A stretch of DNA of 63,184 nt, counting the filler, from Piptocephalis cylindrospora (taxonomy: Eukaryota): the NCBI GenBank assembly GCA_003614145.1. It is 10 parts of 10 records of this genome, joined end to end, with 100 filler letters (N's around TTAATTAATTAA, not from the genome) between each part and the next. Parts side by side here need not be neighbours in the genome. Positions count along the whole stretch, not along the records: positions 56,989 to 63,184 come from KZ988310.1; 9 more parts are not named here. The stretch is one strand, 5' to 3'. The notes under the pieces were generated by a model. That model searched no databases. It saw only the letters and a program-made list of their open reading frames with translations, and had not been told where the DNA came from. This document shows positions 57,860 through 63,184 of this stretch, in pieces (position 1 is the stretch's first letter; each line of letters opens with the position of its first letter). The position numbers were made by a program, and so were the translations under genes.

Positions 57860-58493
57860 GGAGAGGATGGGAAGGGAGAAGGAGAGAAAAGAAAGGAAAG
57901 AGAAGGAAGGAAAGGAAAAGGTGGAGAAAGAGAAGAAAAAGATGGAGGTAGACGAGAAGGAAGTGGTAGAAGAAGAAACAATGGAAATAGGGGAGGGGAT
58001 GGAAGGTGCCAAGGAGAGAACGAATGTCGAAATGGACAAAGGAGCGGAAAGCATCGGAAAGGAGGAGAGGATGAGCTCAAAGAGAGATGCTGAAGAACAG
58101 TTAACGCAACTGATGGCCGAGGGAGAAGATGGATCCAAGAGGGCTAGAAAGGAAGAGGAGGAGGTGAAGAGAGGTGTAAAGAGAGATGCTGAAGAGAAAG
58201 CGGAAGAATTGATGAGTGGAGAAGAGGAAGGATCCAAGAAACCTAGAAAGTATGAAGGAATTGGGATGAGTACAGACGAAGGATTGGGAGCTCCTGAATC
58301 ACGGCAGCATCGACGACGGTCGTCCCGAAGGCTGAGTGATGCGGTAACCGGGTTTTTGGGGAAGAAAAAGGGAGCTGGAGTGAAGGAGGAGGAGGTGGTG
58401 GAAGAGAAGGCAGAGGATGTGGGAGAAGAGGAAGAGGGGGAGGGGGAGGGGGAAGAGGAGCGACGAAAAACTCGGTCGCAACGCAGACGCTGA
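57860..58493 (+). CDS. Charged C-terminal tail and stop of the same Med12-like gene
   Basis: 57860-58189 is the exact reverse complement of 56989-57318, and the frame continues to TGA at 58493. Confidence 0.55.
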
Positions 58494-58617
58494 TGATATA
58501 TGGGGAAATGTGCCATGTCCTCTCCCAGTATGAATAGTAGCAGCTGCATGAAATAATAGCAAGACAATCATCCTCGTCTCACTTTCTATATATATATGAC
58601 TAAAGCAGGTTTGATAT

Positions 58618-60000
58618 CTATTTACCAGGATCCTCTAGTGTTCTTTCCTCGTTGAGCAGATTATGGACGGTTTGCCTGAACTGACAAATACGACCAAGAC
58701 CATAGGCAAAGTAATCAAAGTCAGCGACATCATCCCTCCCGGTCTGAAGGAGGCCCCAAAGGCCCCAGAAGAGATGACTAGCGCCCCTCCATACCCTGAT
58801 CCGATCATCGAGGGTATTGGCCTCCTGGACATCATCGTTGGCGTAAGCAAGGAGAAAGCTAAGGCGCTCTTCTCGGGTGGGGTACTTGGCCTCATTGAGG
58901 AGATGAGGGGTAGGACCATAATAATCAGCGGTCCACTCATTAAAGTGGTTGGCTATGTCATAGGCCATAGGATTGTACCCGGCATACTCAAAGTCCACAA
59001 GGACAATAGAGTTATCCTTATATAGCCTTAAGAGGTTACCATACTGGAGCTGAAGGGAAGGAATGAGTACAGTAGGACAGGACGCAGGGGGGAGAGGAAT
59101 AGAAAGGGGATACGATACGTACATCATTATGGGATACCACGGTGGAAGAGGGATGGTTATGGGCAATGGACCGATACTGATCAATGAGATGAGGAAGGGA
59201 GGGAAGATCGAGTTGGGAAGCAAGCTCCTGGGAGAGGAAGCCGGACTGAAGAGAGGAATCAATGACCTGGATGACTTCGGGAAGCCAAGAATCAACGCAC
59301 CTACGCCACTCCAAGGCCCTTTCCCCGCCCTCACGATCGGTCTGACCTGGGGGGTAAAAGGAGATGAGGTCGTGGAGACGACGCATCTCACGAGCAATAG
59401 TACGACTAGTGTCGGGGACACGGATATCGGTATCGGTGAGGGTATGAGAGGGAAGATAGGCTTCGAGACGACCATTCTCAAAGGTGCCGAGCATGGCACT
59501 GCCGACACCATTGGCGGACAAGCGCTCCAGCCACAGCATTTCCCGAACACGAGAAACAATCAAATCTGCATTTGACCCATATATACGCAGGATGTACCCG
59601 GGATGAGGGGAGGAAGAGGGGGATAGGTTGGGGAAGCGAAGGTGATAAACAGCATTTGTCATAGCACCACTCAGACGGGTCAGAGTGAGAGTAGGGTCAG
59701 GGGTGGGGAGGAGGGAAAGCTTAGCCAGGAGGCTCACGACAGCCTTGACCAGTCTTTCCTTGTCCCATAAGGCACTAGAGAAGATGGGATAAGGTCAGGT
59801 CAGAAGAGATGCTGAGAGGTTGACAACACACTAGCAGATACATACCTTAAAGTAACAGGGGCGTGGGGGGGAGCCTTGGGTTCAGGGACCGAGTAAGTGG
59901 TTCCGTGTTCCAAGTAGACTGAGGAACCGCTGGACTTGATCGACTGGGCCGGGGTGGGGGTTTGACAAGGGGTAGACTGATGGGACTCCAGGATGGTCAT
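58618..60000 (-). CDS. Choline/ethanolamine kinase; two introns
   Basis: Motifs LSGAMTNAVY, ILRIYG, FENGRLEAY, spliced SHND|LQYGNLL, LVDFEYAGYN and DIANHFNEW. Confidence 0.93.
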
Positions 60001-61399
60001 ACGTAAGAAAGGAACTAAGGTTGGAAGATTGGATGGGGCGATGAAAAAAGGAAATCAGGAAGGAAAGACAGAAGGAGAGAAGGGTTATGCGGAACATGAA
60101 AGTAGTCTTTCCCCTATCTTTTATACCATATCCAGTGAAGTAATTTTTGCCTTTGAGTATCTGAAAGGGGATAAAGTATGGCGGTTGAGAGAGGATGGGG
60201 ACCCGTGCACACACATGCGCCTGTGTCGACTCATCCAGGCTCCCCACCTTTCGTCAGATAAGACCACACTACCCCGCCCCCAAAGTGGGGGGTGGGAGGG
60301 AGGGAGGGGGGAGGGGGGAGGGGGGTGAGGGATCCTGCGCCACGGGCCAAGGTCGTACCAGGAAGAGGGGGAGGGAATGTGGATGGGCCAATAGGTATGG
60401 AAGTATATTAGTGTGGGAGAGAGTAGTCGCGCTCGTGACTTGAAATGACCAAAAGGATAAAGCAACATCCAGCGCCTTTTTAGAAAGCAGTGAGAGGAGG
60501 GGAGAGAAAAAGAAACTGAAATCGTTACTTGGAGAAGGACATTGTAGGAGGAATGAAGCTAATTGCGGAGAATGCATGCGCATATAGAGGAGATAAGGAA
60601 AGAAAAGTCCGCTCTCAGGGTGTGGATGGTCAAGTGATGCCGGAGTGGAGTGAGTGACCTTGACATGTGATCGAAGCAGAGATCATTGGGCGAATGAAGG
60701 GGTACTAGAGCGAGAAGGGAAGAGAAAAGTGAATTTTCATTACCAAACGAGAGGAAGAGGATTAGGAGAAGACGTAAGAGCAGACAGTATATATGTACAT
60801 GGAAAGCCCCATGACCATCATCTCTAGGAGAAACGGTAAGTAAAATTATTCTTGAGAGTGCGTACTTGATTTGCCAAATTACTTTCTCAAGGTAATGAAG
60901 AGCATGCTCGTCCCTCAAGTCTGTCTTCTACAGTCTGTGGACCGTAATATATCCTCTGTATGGATCGCTTGAACACATCGGGCCTCTCGATGATCAAGTC
61001 CAGGGCGTAGAGTCACCACTTTAAGTCCACAAGCTCCCACAGCCTTTATTGTTAAAGGGCCTATAGATTATCTCTTCTCTTGAGATGAAGGGGCCATGGT
61101 ACGCTAAAGGCCACTATCCACGCATGGGTCTGACGAAAAGATTCCCTGTGGCCAAGTTCATATAATTCTTGAAGCAGGAACTCTCTGGAATAGAGGGCGT
61201 CTAGCAAAAAGCCGAAACACAGGAATGATCGTCAAGTTATGCGCCTTTGGGGCCCTCAATCCTACACAATACGTTGACTCGGGCCATTGACTAGAACCAT
61301 CATAGACTGATGTATACAACCTGACCGGTATAAGCTACAGTCACATGCTGTTGGCGAATATCGAGCCTCTAAACATTGCTCTTCCCGTTCCCTGATCCC

Positions 61400-62425
61400 A
61401 GACCTCGCATGCCCACACCATCACATATCAACACGTTTCCAAGAAACCTCTATTTTCAAAGATTATGGGCCTCCAACCCCTCGCAACATGAATAATAATC
61501 ATTGGATGTTATGCCCCTGAAAGGCGATAGATGATGGCACTGAAGTGATAGATCAATTCTTGGAGCCTGAAGCGACGGCATCTGTGACGCGATCTTTCAT
61601 CCCGTGTAAGCGCTTTATAGTTGTGGTGCATTGCGAGATAGATCATGAATGTCGCGAGAAGCAATATTCATCCACGCAAATAGCTTCGTCTCCAACGTAG
61701 GGATTGGGATTTCCTTGGTCTTCTCGAGGGTATTGCCATATTGGACAATTTTCCCGTATTCCTCTATGAGCTTCTCTTGTTTGCCATTCCAGAAGCGCGA
61801 AAGGCTTACCATAGCGTAATTCGTCACCTTGAATTTATCCACCGCCTTCATTCGTCCTTCAAGGCATTAAAATTGTCCAAATTTCCATGAGTGATGCCGG
61901 CCTGGTTGGCCCCCAGGCAAACTAGGCAAGCCATGATATTCATAATGCGACGAGGCAATTAGGTAGTGACTTTGTTACTTTCTAACGTACTTAAACGGCC
62001 GCTCTTGGTCAAATCTCCAAGTGAGCTCATCATGAAAGGGAAGGCCAACTCCCAGAAAGCATATCGCTTAGGTATTTTTAACTGTAGCTAGGAAAGGGCT
62101 GACTAGGCTTGGAAAAACGGCGAATGGCATCAAAGTGGTGATGGACGGTCCAAGAGGCGCCCTCATGCTTAGAGAAGGGGGTTTCATGCAAAAAGGATCC
62201 TTCATCGGACTTACAGAGGTCTTTTCCAAACCGAGAGGGCTCTTAATCAGATTTGGAGAAAGATGAGCTTCTAGCCCTTCTGTCGGTATATGTTCGCTCC
62301 TCGGGGCCTATGGCGCATACGGTGGAGAAAGCGGCGAGAGCCAGGAGGAGGAGAGGGGCGGTATCTAGGAGAAAAAGAAGTGCCCATATAGCGGACTTGA
62401 ACAAGCTACAATTAAAATAATGCAC
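61400..62425 (-). pseudogene. Possible decayed secreted-protein gene
   Basis: Signal-like PLLLLALAAFSTVCA followed by short same-strand ORF pieces broken by stops, for example 61615-61851. Confidence 0.25.
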
Positions 62426-63184
62426 TGACTACTCAGGCAAATTACAGCTCCGACAATAGATATCGACCCACTTATAAATTAAAAATTGTACAGTCTGCCT
62501 ATCTAGACGCAACTCTGACATGACCAAGGGCCCCACTGGCCTATTTGCCAGCCGACATTAGCCATTGTACAAGTCTCAGGTTCCGATGCTCCTGCTACCC
62601 GGAGTTTACACGACTCTGAAATGGCCTTTAAGTGGATGAATTAATTGCTTATCCGCACCAATGCCAATTTGAACAGTTATCCTTTACAATGAAAAGGAAC
62701 TTGCTTCCATTGGGATTCAATAGGGATCTGGTAAATAAACCTGAGGCCCTATGGTTGAGTGGAGTGAGAGAAAGAAGAAGCGCTGTATTCACTAATCAAC
62801 GATTGTCCATCGCCAAAGCGGGTAAAAAGTACTCATGATTGGACCCTGTATAGATCATATTGAATCCAACTTGAGCCCAGATCCAGATTAATAAATTTAA
62901 CTGGTCATCCTTACTCAACGCAGACACATTTTATGTACTACAAAACCTTGCAGCTCGGAATAACTTACGGTTGGATGGGAGAAGAGGGGGGGGGGGGGGG
63001 GGCGGGAAAAATCAGTTATTAACGTATTTGAAAGAAAAAGAAAGTGGAAGAGAATCCATCACAAACGAGGCCTGTAGGATCCCGTAGCATGATCCCGGCG
63101 CTCGCCGGATCCATGGTATCCTCCAGGAGACGACGATCCCGGGCCCATTGGGAATCCTTACATTTGGGATTGGACCGGGGTCTC

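Noticed and set aside
57040..58567. Long Ser/Phe-rich ORFs, and many other antisense ORFs in the track
   Set aside because: They are shadow frames of purine-rich real genes.

Overview
This window is not contiguous DNA. It is ten ~6.2 kb contigs or scaffolds in decreasing length order (6284 to 6196 bp), joined by an artificial 100-bp linker (N44-TTAATTAATTAA-N44), so adjacency across linkers means nothing. The content is a compact eukaryotic, most likely fungal, genome with short GT-AG introns. Housekeeping genes include RRP6, TFG1, TAF10, VMA16, UXT, SH3BGR-like, CDC123, APC5-like, SED5, an IRE1 5' end, a MED12-like 3' end, a choline kinase, an SDR, an S10 carboxypeptidase, an AIG2/GGCT protein and tRNA-Ala(TGC). 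There is one full-length but inactivated DD34E Tc1 transposon with ~200-bp TIRs. Several contig ends carry 55-bp or longer direct or inverted copies of internal sequence, which points to a k=55 de Bruijn assembly of whole-genome-amplified DNA. An early-diverging fungus such as a Zoopagomycota mycoparasite is my inference, not something shown. The most interesting biology is a set of intronless orphan secreted proteins in gene-poor stretches: a dispersed 4-Cys peptide family, a tandem pair sharing an unrecognised 4-Cys domain, and an orphan between direct repeats. They are candidate effectors. I found no clearly demonstrable new system beyond these candidates.
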